Origin: Antedon mediterranea
Lineage: Eukaryota > Animalia > Echinodermata
DNA: 64,000 nucleotides
Reading direction: 5' to 3'
Assembly (NCBI RefSeq): GCF_964355755.1
Contig: NC_092670.1
Span: 15,734,795 to 15,798,794 of the forward strand
The position numbers and the translations under genes were made by a program. Within the stretch, counting starts at the first letter, position 1; the number at the start of each line of letters is the position of its first letter. Positions 51,932-63,876 of this stretch are shown piece by piece. Below the pieces are notes generated by a model. The model saw only the letters and a list, made by a program, of their open reading frames with translations, was not told the DNA's origin and made no database searches.

Positions 51932-53068
51932 TGATAAAGAATAGGATAAACTTAACAATATACAACAAATAACATTAATGTACGATCCCGTTTAACACTG
52001 TTCTCAACTATAGTCATTTTGGTATACTTGAGCACGGTGATAAAGAATAGGATAAACTTAACAATATACAACAACAATGTACGATCCCGTTTAACACTGT
52101 TCTCAACTATAGTCATTTTGGTATACTTGAGCACAGTGATAGAATAGGATAAACTTAACAATATACAACAAAAAACATTAATGTACGATCCAGTTTAACA
52201 CTGTTCTCAACTATAGTCATTTTGGTATACTTGAGAACAGTTATAAAGAATAGGATAAACTTAACAATATACAACAAAAAAAATTAATGTACGATCCCGT
52301 TTAACACTGTTCTCAACTATAGTCATTTTGGTATACTTGAGCACAGTGATAAAGAATAGGATAAACTTAGCAATATACAACAAAAAACATTAATGTACGA
52401 TCCAGTTTAACACTGTTCTCAACTATAGTCATTTTGGTATACTTGAGAACAGTGATAAAGAATAGGATAAACTTAACAATATACTACAAAAAACATTAAT
52501 GTACGATCCCGTTTAACACTGTTCTCAACTATAGTCATTTGGTATACTTGAGCACAGTGATAAAGAATAGGATAAACTTAATAATATACAACAAATAACA
52601 TTAATGTACGATCCAGTTTACCACTGTTCTCAACTATAGTCATTTTGGTATACTTGAGCACAGTGATAAAGAATAGGATAAACTTAAAAATATACAACAA
52701 AAAACATTAATGTACGATCCAGTTTAACACTGTTCTCAACTATAGTTATTTTGGTATACTTGAGAACAGTGATAAAGAATAGGATAAACTTAATAATATA
52801 CAACAAATAACATTAATGTACGATCCAGTTTACCACTGTTCTCAACTATAGTCATTTTGGTATACTTGAGCACAGTGATAAAGAATAGGATAAACTTAAT
52901 AATATACAACAAATAACATTAATGTACGATCCCGTTTACCACTGTTCTCAACTATAGTCATTTTGGTATACTTGAGCACAATATACAACAAATAACATTA
53001 ATGTACACCATTCTGTTTAACACTGTTCTCAACTATAGTCATGTTCATATACTTGAGCACAGTGATAA
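51932..53068 (+). repeat. 106-bp satellite array (copy 1, left), ~10-11 units
   Basis: Unit GTGATAAAGAATAGGATAAACTTAACAATATACAACAAATAACATTAATGTACGATCCCGTTTAACACTGTTCTCAACTATAGTCATTTTGGTATACTTGAGCACA. Confidence 0.95.
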
Positions 53069-53079
53069 TATGAAAAACA

Positions 53080-53970
53080 TAATAACACTATAATATTTGT
53101 AGATGAATGACGCGGACACGTACATATGTTCATAAGTAATTGATATAAATTGACTTTTATAAGTGGAATTAACACAAATGATTGTAGATAAATATGACGT
53201 GAATTGCACGTACATAATGTTGATGAGTAGGCCTATATTGATATAATTGACTTCGAAAAGTGAAATAACACTGATTTGTAGATGAATATGACGTGGACAA
53301 GTACATTTATTGATGAGTATATTGATAAATCGACTTTTAAAAGTGAAATAACACTAATATTTATAGATGAATATGACGTGGACACGTACATATGTTGATG
53401 AGTATATTGATATAAATCGACTTTTAAAAGAGGAATTAACACTATTGATTGTTGACGTGAATTGCACGTACATAATGTTGATGAGTGTATTGATATAAAT
53501 CGACTAAACGTTAAATAACACTATCTTGTACAAGTACCCTCACTTGCACTGATGAAGGGCTAGTGTTGCCCGAAAACTCTGCTAACTTTTCTGGCTGTTT
53601 TACTTTATCGTTTTGATTTAGCTTTTCGCTTCTTTTTTTGTATCTCCATTGAGACCACAGCATTATTATTATTTCAGTATTTTGCCTTTGGATTTACTAA
53701 TATTAAAAGTGAAATAACACTAATGACTGTAGATGATATGACATTTATGTTGATGATATAGTTTTGTATATATAATATGCACACGTACATACGTTGATAG
53801 GTATTGATATAAATAGATTTTTAAAAGTACGGTAATAGACACTTTATTTGTAGATGAATACGACATGGACAAGTTGCAATAAATTCTATCGTTATATCGT
53901 ATGTTGATGAGTATTGATATAAATCGACTTTTTTAAAGTGGAATAACACTAAAATGTATAGATGGATATG
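53080..53970. repeat. ~87-bp inner tandem repeat, interrupted by Penelope-like fragment (53521-53700)
   Basis: Units ..GATGAATATGACGTGGACACGTACATATGTTGATGAGTATATTGATATAAATCGACTTTTAAAAGTGAAATAACACT.. Confidence 0.85.
53544..53584 (+). ncRNA. Minimal type I hammerhead ribozyme motif (Penelope-like)
   Basis: TTGCA-CTGATGA-A-GGGC(tagtgtt)GCCC-GAAA-AC-TC-TGC: catalytic boxes CUGAUGA and GAAA, stem II, UC cleavage site, stem I GCA/TGC. Confidence 0.7.
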
Positions 53971-54188
53971 GCCTCAACAAGTATTGTATTAAGCGGTACT
54001 GTATATTGATAGACTTCATACCTGTAATGTCAATGAAATCTGGCAACAAGAATTGTGTTTGATCCTCCTAATAGTATTCTAATAATCTTGGTTTGTAAAG
54101 GAGGCATGAAAAATCTAAACGCATAGCCAGGGGAGGGGTTGGAGTTTCGAACAAACTTCCCTGTGCCCGTCCTACGGTTTTTGTGAAC

Positions 54189-54303
54189 TTTTTAGTAGCG
54201 TGCAAACGCGACTCTACAGCTCACTATGTCGATCGGTCGGTCGGTAAACACCAACTCAAATTTGAGCACGCGACTGCAGCCATGTATAGGCCTATGGCCT
54301 GTT
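54189..54303 (+). mobile_element. HINE/DINE-like short element inside foldback copy 1
   Basis: TTTTTAGTAGCGTGCAAACGCGACTCTA..(GTCG)n..CACGCGACTGCAGCCAT..ATGGCCTGTT; matches 11210-11306. Confidence 0.7.
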
Positions 54304-54429
54304 TATACTAGAAATCAGCAGTGAAAGTATATGTAAATAATATGTGTTAATATAGAATTAGTTTTTTTATTTTTTAATTTAATAAATAGTATTAAAGTTG
54401 ATCTTATTCTTTATCTGTGATTAATTATA

Positions 54430-56805
54430 CTCAAATGACTATAGTTTAAAACAGTATTAAACGGCATCTTATATTAATGTTATTTGCTGTTTATTCGAAG
54501 TTTATCCTATTCTTTATCACTGTTCTCAAGTATACCAAAATGACTATAGTTGAGAACAGTGTTAAACTGGATCGTACATTAATGTTTTTTGTTGTATATT
54601 GTTAAGTTTATCCTATTCTTTGTCACTGTTCTCAAGTATACCAAAATGACTATAGTTGAGAACAGTGTTAAACTGGATCGTACATTAATGTTTTTTGTTG
54701 TATATTTTTAAGTTTATCCTATTCTTTATCACTGTGCTCAAGTATACCAAAATGACTATAGTTGAGAACAGTGTTAAACTGGATCGTACATTAATGTTTT
54801 TTGTTGTATATTTTTAAGTTTATCCTATTCTTTATCACTGTTCTCAAGTATACCAAAATGACTATAGTTGAGAACAGTGGTAAACTGGATCGTACATTAA
54901 TGTTATTTGTTGTATATTATTAAGTTTATCCTATTCTTTATCACTGTGCTCAAGTATACCAAAATGACTATAGTTGAGAACAGTGTTAAACGGGATCGTA
55001 CATTAATGTTATTTGTTGTATATTGTTAAGTTTATCCTATTCTTTATCACTGTGCTCAAGTATACCAAAATGACTATAGTTGAGAACAGTGTTAAACGGG
55101 ATCATACATTAATGCTATTTGTTGTATATTATAGGGGGTTACCCCGGTGAACTGGTTCACACAATAGCCCATGTATCAGGGGGATTACCACCTATCTGAT
55201 AGGACAGTGATTAATTCACTATTGGTAATCCTTGGCCACATTGCCAAAAGACATAAAATAAAATATAATAAATAAAATAAATTATTAAGTTTATCCTATT
55301 CTTTATCACTGTGCTCAAGTATACCAAAATTACTATAGTCGAGAACAGTGTTAAACAGGATCATACATTAATGCTATTTGTTGTATATTATAGGGGGTTA
55401 CCCCGGTGAACTGGTTCACACAATAGCCCATGTATCAGGGGGATTACCACCTATCTGATAGGACAGTGATTAATTCACTATTGGTAATCCTTGGCCACAT
55501 TGCCAAAAGACATAAAATAAAATATAATAAATAAAATAAATTATTAAGTTTATCCTATTCTTTATCACTGTGCTCAAGTATACCAAAATTACTATAGTCG
55601 AGAACAGTGTTAAACAGGATCATACATTAATGTTATTTGTTGTATATTGTTAAGTTTATCCTATTCTTTATCACTGTGCTCAAGTATACCAAAATGACTA
55701 TAGTCGAGAACAGTGTTAAACGGGATCATACATTAATGTTATTTGTTGTATATTATTAAGTTTATCCTATTCTTTATCACTGTGCTTAACTAAAGCAAAA
55801 TGACTATAGTTGAGAACAGTGTAAACTGGATCGTACATTAATGTTATTTGTTGTATATTATTAAGTTTATCCTATTCTTTATCACTGTGCTCAAGTATAC
55901 CAAAATGACTATAGTCGAGAACAGTGTTAAACGGGATCGTACATTAATGCTATTTGTTGTATATTATTAAGTTTATCCTATTCTTTATCACTGTGCTCAA
56001 GTATACCAAAATGACTATAGTCGAGAACAGTGTTAAACGGGATCATACCGTAATGCTATTTGTTGTATATTATTAAGTTTATCCTATTCTTTATCACTGT
56101 GCTTAAGTATACCAAAATGACTATAGTTGAGAACAGTGTTAAACTGGATCGTACATTAATGTTATTTGTTGTATATTATTAAGTTTATCCTATTCTTTAT
56201 CACTGTGCTCAAGTATACCAAAATGACTATAGTCGAGAACAGTGTTAAACGGGATCGTACATTAATGCTATTTGTTGTATATTATTAAGTTTATCCTATT
56301 CTTTATCACTGTGCTCAAGTATACCAAAATGACTATAGTCGAGAACAGTGTTAAACGGGATCATACCTTAATGCTATTTGTTGTATATTATTAAGTTTAT
56401 CCTATTCTTTATCACTGTGCTTAAGTATACCAAAATGACTATAGTTGAGAACAGTGTTAAACTGGATCGTACATTAATGTTATTTGTTGTATATTATTAA
56501 GTTTATCCTATTCTTTATCACTGTGCTCAAGTATACCAAAATGACTATAGTTGAGAACAGTGTTAAACTGGATCGTACATTAATGCTATTTGTTGTATAT
56601 AAATTATTAAGTTTATCCTATTCTTTATCACTGTGCTCAAGTATACCAAAATGACTATAGTTGAGAACAGTGTTAAACGGGATCGTACATTAATGTTATA
56701 TGTTGTATATTGTTAAGTTTATCCTATTCTTTATCACTGTGCTCAAGTATACCAAAATGACTATAGTTGAGAACAGTGTTAAACTACATCGTACATTAAT
56801 GTTTA
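54430..56805 (-). repeat. 106-bp satellite array (copy 1, right), inverted, ~19-20 units
   Basis: Reverse complement of the 51932-53068 unit; interrupted twice by a 148-bp insert. Confidence 0.95.
55133..55539 (+). mobile_element. 148-bp retroposed-like insert with A-rich tail, present twice (55133-55280, 55392-55539)
   Basis: Two apparently identical copies 259 bp apart, ATTAT flanking duplication, (TAAAA)n-like tail. Confidence 0.7.
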
Positions 56806-57562
56806 TTCTATATCCTTTGCTTTACTGTGCTTTGATTTGATAAGCAAGTTTGGTTGCCCCGCCCCCATATGCTGCCTACTAAATTAGGATTCCCTAGCTT
56901 TTCTATAAAAATTGAAGTACCCACAATGCACGTTATACGGAAGTCATAGTCTTGTAAAATACAGACACAATAGTTTTTATCGTATTGTTTTCATTTAAAT
57001 ATCACTAAGATTGTCTTAAACTACAAACAACTAAAATTAGTGAAGGTATGCAAGTGTTTCTAAATATTTATTACTGGTAGTATTAATACAATTTGGATTA
57101 TATCATTTTCCAGAAAGGTAGAAAAAAACATAAAATAGTTGAGAATTCTCAACTAGCCAGGATGGTATAGGAAATATAGCTCCAATCGAGAGCTATATTT
57201 CCTATACCATCCTGGCTAGTTGAGAATTCTCAACTATTTTATGTTTTTTTCTACCTTTCTGGAAAATGATATAATCCAAATTGTATTAATACTACCAGTA
57301 GTAAACATTTAGAAACACTTGCATACGTTCACTAATTTTAGTTGTTTGTAGTTTAAGACAATCTTAGTGATATTTAAATGAAAACAATACCATAAAAACT
57401 ATTGTGTCTGTATTTTACAAGACTATGACTTCCGTATAACGTGCATTGTGGGTACTTCAATTTTTATAGAAAAGCTAGGGAATCCTAATTTAGTAGGTAG
57501 CATATGGGGGCGGGGCAACCAAACTTGCTTATCAAATCAAAGCACAGTAAAGCAAAGGATAA

Positions 57563-59553
57563 AATTAATGTACGATCCAGTTTAACACTGTTCTCAACTA
57601 TAGTCATTTTAGTATACTTGAGCACAGTGATAAAGAATAGGATAAACTTAACAATATACAACAAATAGCATTAATGTACGATCCAGTTTAACACTGTTCT
57701 CAACTATAGACATTTTGGTATACTTGAGCACAGTGATAAAGAATAGGATAAACTTAACAATATACAACAAAAAACATTAATGTACGATCCAGTTTAACAC
57801 TGTTCTCAACTATAGTCATTTTGGTATACTTGAGAACAGTGATAAAGAATAGGATAAACTTAACAATATACAACAAATAACATTAATGTATGATCCCGTT
57901 TAACACTATTCTCAACTATAGTCATTTTGGTATACTTGAGCACAGTGATAAAGAATAGGATAAACTTAACAATATACAACAAAACATTAATGTACGATGT
58001 AGTTTAACACTGTTCTCAACTATAGTCATTTTGGTATACTTGAGCACAGTGATAAAGAATAGGATAAACTTAATAATATACAACAAATAGCATTAAGGTA
58101 TGATCCCATTTAACACTGTTCTCGACTATAGTCATGTTGGTATACTTGAGCACAGTGATAAAGAATAGGATAAACTTAATAATATACAACAAATAACATT
58201 AATGTACGATCCCGTTTAACACTGTTCTCAACTATAGTCATTTTGGTATACTTGAGCACAGTGATAAAGAATAGGATAAACTTAATAATATACAACAAAT
58301 AGCATTAATGTACGATCCCGTTTAACACTGTTCTCAACTATAGTCATTTTGGTATACTTGAGCACAGTGATAAAGAATAGGATAAACTTAATAATATACA
58401 ACAAATATCATTAATGTACGATCCCGTTTAACACTGTTCTCGACTATAGTCATTTTGGTATACTTGAGCACAGTGATAAAGAATAGGATAAACTTAATAA
58501 TATACAACAAATATCATTAATGTACGATCCCGTTTAACACTGTTCTCGACTATAGTCATTTTGGTATACTTGAGCACAGTGATAAAGAATAGGATAAACT
58601 TAATAATATACAACAAATAAAATTAATGTATGATCCCGTTTAACACTGTTCTCAACTATAGTCATTTTGGTATACTTGAGCACAGTGATAAAGAATAGGA
58701 TAAACTTAACAATATACAACAAAAAACATTAATGTACGATCCAGTTTAACACTGTTCTCAACTATAGTCATTTTGGTATACTTGAGAACAGTGATAAAGA
58801 ATAGGATAAACTTAAACATATACAACAAATAACATTAATGTATGATCCCGTTTAACACTATTCTCAACTATAGTCATTTTGGTATACTTGAGCACAGTGA
58901 TAAAGAATAGGATAAACTTAACAATATACAACAAAACATTAATGTACGATGTAGTTTAACACTGTTCTCAACTATAGTCATTTTGGTATACTTGAGCACA
59001 GTGATAAAGAATAGGATAAACTTAATAATATACAACAAATAGCATTAATGTACGATCCCGTTTAACACTGTTCTCAACTATAGTCATTTTGGTATACTTG
59101 AGCACAGTGATAAAGAATAGGATAAACTTAATCATATACAACAAATAACATTAATGTACGATCCAGTTTAACACTGTTCTCGACTATAGTCATTTTGGTA
59201 TAATTGAGCACAGTGATAAAGAATAGGATAAACTTAACAATATACAACAAATAACATTAATGTACGATCCCGTTTAACACTGTTCTCGACTATAGTCATT
59301 TTGGTATACTTGAGCACAGTGATAAAGAATAGGATAAACTTAACAATATACAACAAATAACATTAATGTACGATCCAGTTTAACCCTGTTCTAAACTATA
59401 GTCATTTTGGTATACTTGAGCACAGTGATAAAGAATAGGATAAACTTAACAATATACAACAAATAACATTAATGTATGATCCCGTTTAACACTGTTCTAA
59501 CTATAGTCATTTTGGTATACTTGAGCACAGTGATAAAGAATAGGATAAACTTA
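57563..59553 (+). repeat. 106-bp satellite array (copy 2), ~19 units
   Basis: Same unit and orientation as 51932-53068. Confidence 0.95.
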
Positions 59554-59827
59554 TTGCAACTTGTCCATGTCGTATTCATCTACAAATAAAGTGTCTATTA
59601 CCGTACTTTTAAAAATCTATTTATATCAATACCTATCAACGTATGTACGTGTGCATATTATATTATACAAAAATATATACATCAACATAAATGTCATATC
59701 ATCTACAGTCATTAGTGTTATTTCACCTTTAATATTAGTAAATCCAAAGGCAAAATACTTAAATAATAACAATGCTGTGGTCTCAATGGAGATACAAAAA
59801 AAGAAGCGAAAAGCTAAATCAAAACGA

Positions 59828-60444
59828 AATGTGCTAATGCGTATAGATATGCTGAGCGGTTTCCGAGAAATATGAGTACGCATAATATGGCCTTACGGAA
59901 AAGTAATACATACCAGGTCCCCAAAAATAAGACAAATAGATATGGAAACAGTGCAATCCCGTTTCTCACTCGCTGCCTCAACAGTATTGATTAGATAATA
60001 AAAGAAAATAAATGTATAATGTTACCAGATATTAATTAATTTGACATATAGGCCTAGTAGAAATTTCTTGAATTTGACTCAATTTATTCTTAATTCTCAT
60101 TTAATTTTGTATTTAATGTTTTTGTAAATGTATAATTGTAATTATTTAATTGTCTGAAGTCGACTTTAATTAAGAAACCAATGTAAATACTGCAACTTAA
60201 ATTTAAGATAATATTTTTATACTGTAATTAAGTAATAATGTATATACTATATCCTTGCAATAAGACTATATTTTTTTAACTTTATGTTTACATTTACATA
60301 TATTTTGTAATTGCGATAATTTTGTTTAGGCCTAAGGATGACTATTACTTTACTTGTCTTTTGAATGTATATTGTCCCTTACCATGCAATTCAGCAGATT
60401 TGCTGCCAATTGGTTTGTTTTTAATAAAGAAAGAAAGAAAGAAA
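59828..60444 (+). mobile_element. 5'-truncated CR1/L2-group (Daphne/Crack-like) LINE
   Basis: Reading frame ..FPRNMSTHNMALRKSNTYQVPKNKTNRYGNSAIPFLTRCLNSID* (stop 59992-59994) resembles the C-terminus of such RT ORFs; 3' stem-loop CAGCAGATTTGCTG, AATAAA and (GAAA)n tail; absent at the equivalent site of copy 1. Confidence 0.75.
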
Positions 60445-60469
60445 GATAAAGTAAAACAGACAGAAAAGT

Positions 60470-60510
60470 TAGCAGAGTTTTCGGGCAACACTAGCCCTTC
60501 ATCAGTGCAA
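60470..60510 (-). ncRNA. Hammerhead ribozyme motif, copy 2
   Basis: Reverse complement of 53544-53584. Confidence 0.7.
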
Positions 60511-60529
60511 GTGAGGGTACCTGTACAAG

Positions 60530-61238
60530 ATAGTGTTATTTAACGTTTAGTCGATTTATATCAATACACTCATCAACATATGTACATGTAATTCACGTCT
60601 ACAATCAATAGTGTTAATTCCACTTTTAAAAGTCGATTTATATCAATATACTCATCAACATATGTACGTGTCCACGTCATATTCATCTATAAATATTAGT
60701 GTTATTTCACTTTTAAAAGTCGATTTATCAATATACTCATCAATAAATGTACTTGTCCACGTCATATTCATTTACAAATCAGTGTTATTTCACTTTTCGA
60801 AGTCAATTATATCAATATAGGCCTACTCATCAACATATGTACGTGCAATTCACGTCATATTCATATATGATCAATAGTGTACAACTAATAGTGTTATTTC
60901 ACTTTTAAAAGTCGATTTGTATCAATATACTCATCAACATTATGTTCCGTACGTGTCCACGTCATATTCATCTACAAATATTAGTGTTATTTCACTTTTA
61001 AAAGTCGATTTATATCAATATACTCATCAACATATGTAAATCGTGTCCAAGTCATATTCATCTACAAATATTAGTGTTAATTTGACTTTTAAAAGTCGAT
61101 TTATATCAATATACTAATCAATATATGTACGTGTCCACGTCATATTCATTTACAAATATTAGTGTTATTTCACTTTTCAAAGTCGATTTATATAAATATA
61201 CTACTCATCAACATAATGTACGTGCAATTCACGTCATA
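60530..61238. repeat. ~87-bp inner tandem repeat (copy 2), ~8 units, continuing at 62404-62530
   Basis: GTGTTATTTCACTTTTAAAAGTCGATTTATATCAATATACTCATCAACATATGTACGTGTCCACGTCATATTCATCTACAAATATTA units. Confidence 0.88.
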
Positions 61239-62403
61239 TTTTTTTTTTTTCTCTTTTGTGGCGCAAACACCACTTTTATTCACATTCATATTATCTCATA
61301 TTACATAAAATCGTATTATTTAACTTGTAAATGTCGTTACAGTTCATAAGTAACATTTTTACATATATGAATTCTGTATTACTCCTTTTTTCATTAATTT
61401 TCTTATATTTTGTTATACACTTGACAGGATCATCATTATCATCTATCCCGTTTTAAAATAGTTCACACATTTTCATTTGTTTGTTTTCATTTTACAACCC
61501 GGATTATACAATATATTTATATACATGATAAAAAAAAAAACAATAATAGCTCAGTACCACCAGTAACCCGTATCACTGTAATTCTTTTTCAGTTAATCGT
61601 ATCAAATTAGAAATTATATTATCATAATCTTATTTCTTAAAGCTACCCATTTTTCTATACTTGTTTCTTTATTGTTATATGTTTCACATTCAATGTTATA
61701 TAACATATTGCTTTTAAATGAATTCCATAAAGATTTACCCACTGGCTTATTTAGTGCAGATAACATTTTTATTCTATAAATAGTAAATGCTGCGAAAGTG
61801 TAAATATAATCTATTAGCTTATCTCCCGTTCCTAGTATTAATTGTTTAAATGATATATTATTGTGATTTAAACTTACAAAGATACTAAGCATTTTCCTCC
61901 AATATTTCTGAATAAATCTACAACTAAAAAACAAATGATTTTCGTTTTCAATTTCTCCACATTTATCACACGTTTGTGTTTCCTTAACTTTCCACTGATA
62001 CAGCCGTTTGTTGGTAGGCAGTATTCATCTTATAATTGAATTGTGCTAGTTTCTTATCTTTCATTTTACATACTTTCCGTAACCAAGAAGTTTTCCAATC
62101 AATGTTGTTATCATTGAAGTACTCTTCCCATTTTAGTTGTGACATTGGAATAATGAAATATTCTTTCACAAACCATGAGTGTATTAGTTTGGTAGTATTA
62201 ATCTCATACTTGGTCCCAACTAATTCATCATTATCATCACAATTGAAAATATCTACCTCCTTAATAATACGTTTCCATTGAATTGGTATTGCCTTAATAA
62301 TGCACAAATACTCATTTAACCAGTTTGTTTTACATTGTAGTTTCACCAGTATTTCGTTTGATGTTAAAAAAGTGTTCTTATTAACAATGTCTTTAATACT
62401 GAT
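61239..62403 (-). mobile_element. 5'-truncated L1/Tx1-clade LINE with frameshifted ORF2 C-terminus
   Basis: ORFs 61984-62346 and 61614-61934: KAIPIQWK..KW..IDWKTSW..KLAQFNYK, then CDKCGEIENENHLFFSC (CCHC finger). AATAAA, poly-A tail, TSD AATTCACGTCATA(TTT) at 61226-61238 and 62404-62416. Confidence 0.85.
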
Positions 62404-62540
62404 AATTCACGTCATATTTATCTACAATCATTTGTGTTAATTCCACTTTTAAAAGTCAATTTATATCAATTACTTATGAACATATGTACGTGTCCGCGTC
62501 ATTCATCTACAAATATTATAGTGTTATTATGTTTTTCATA

Positions 62541-63876
62541 TTATCACTGTGCTCAAGTATATGAAAATGACTATAGTTGAGAACAGTGTTAAACAGGATC
62601 GTGTACATTAATGTTATTTGTTGTATATTGTGCTCAAGTATACCAAAATGACTATAGTTGAGAACAGTGTTAAACAGGATCGTACATTAATGTTTTTTGT
62701 TGTATATTGTTAAGTTTATCCTATTCTTTATCACTGTTCTCAAGTATACCAAAATGACTATAGTTGAGAACAGTGTTAAACGGGATCGTACATTAATGTT
62801 ATTTGTTGTATATTATTAAGTTTATCCTATTCTTTATCACTGTGCTCAAGTATACCAAAATGACTATAGTTGAGAACAGTGGTAAACGGGATCGTACATT
62901 AATGTTTTTGTTGTATATTATTAAGTTTATCCTATTCTTTATCACTGTGCTCAAGTATACCAAAATGACTATAGTTGAGAACAGTGGTAAACTGGATCGT
63001 ACATTAATGTTATTTGTTGTATATTATTAAGTGTATCCTATTCTTTTTCACTGTGCTCAAGTATACCAAAATGACTATAGTTGAGAACAGTGTTAAACAG
63101 GATCGTACATTAATGTTTTTTGTTGTATATTGTTAAGTTTATCCTATTCTTTATCACTGTTCTCAAGTATACCAAAATGACTATAGTTGAGAACAGTGTT
63201 AAACTGGATCGTACATTAATGTTTTTTGTTGTATATTTTTAAGTTTATCCTATTCTTTATCACTGTGCTCAAGTATATACCAAAATGACTATAGTCGAGA
63301 ACAGTGTTAAACGGGATCATACATTAATGTTATTTGTTGTATATTGTTAAGTTTATCCTATTCTTTATCACTGTGCTCAAGTATACCAAAATTACTAAAG
63401 TCGAGAACAGTGTTAAACGGGATCATACATTAATGTTATTTGTTGTATATTGTTAAGTTTATCCTATTCTTTATCACTGTGCTCAAGTATACCAAAATGA
63501 CTATAGTTGAGAACAGTGTTAAACAGGATCGTACATTGATGTTATTTGTTGTATATTGTTAAGTTTATCCTATTCTTTATCACTGTGCTCAAGTATACCA
63601 AAATGACTAAAGTTGAGAACAGTGTTAAACGGGATCATATACATTAATGTTATTTGTTGTATATTGTTAAGTTTATCCTATTCTTTATCACTGTGCTCAA
63701 GTATACCAAAATGACTATAGTTGAGAACAGTGTTAAACGGAATCATACATTAATGTTATTTGTTGTATATTGTTAAGTTTATCCTATTCTTTATCACTGT
63801 TCTCAAGTATACCAAAATGACTATAGTTGAGAACAGTGTTAAACTACATCGTACATTAATGTTATTTGTTGTATAG
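62541..63876 (-). repeat. 106-bp satellite array (copy 2, far end), ~12-13 units
   Basis: Mirror of 51932-53068, including the same truncated unit next to the inner boundary. Confidence 0.95.

Larger units (their letters stand above)
51666..57182 (+). mobile_element. Non-autonomous foldback-type DNA transposon, copy 1 (5.5 kb, 7-bp TSD CAATCGA)
   Basis: Left end CAGGTATATAAAATATACCAAATTGGCTAGTTGAGAATTCTCAACTATT; right end (reverse complement) GAGCTATATTTCCTATACCATCCTGGCTAGTTGAGAATTCTCAACTATT; CAATCGA at 51659-51665 and 57183-57189; 106-bp arrays in opposite orientation at the two ends; no transposase ORF. Confidence 0.85.

Noticed and set aside
56812-57560. Central palindrome as a chimeric-read or assembly artefact
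   Set aside because: The arms have several mismatches, the copies have private insertions with their own TSDs, and the spacer equals the distant TSD. Not fully excluded without reads.
51932-63876. 106-bp arrays as a CRISPR array
   Set aside because: Units are contiguous tandem repeats with no unique spacers, there are no cas genes, and the context is eukaryotic.
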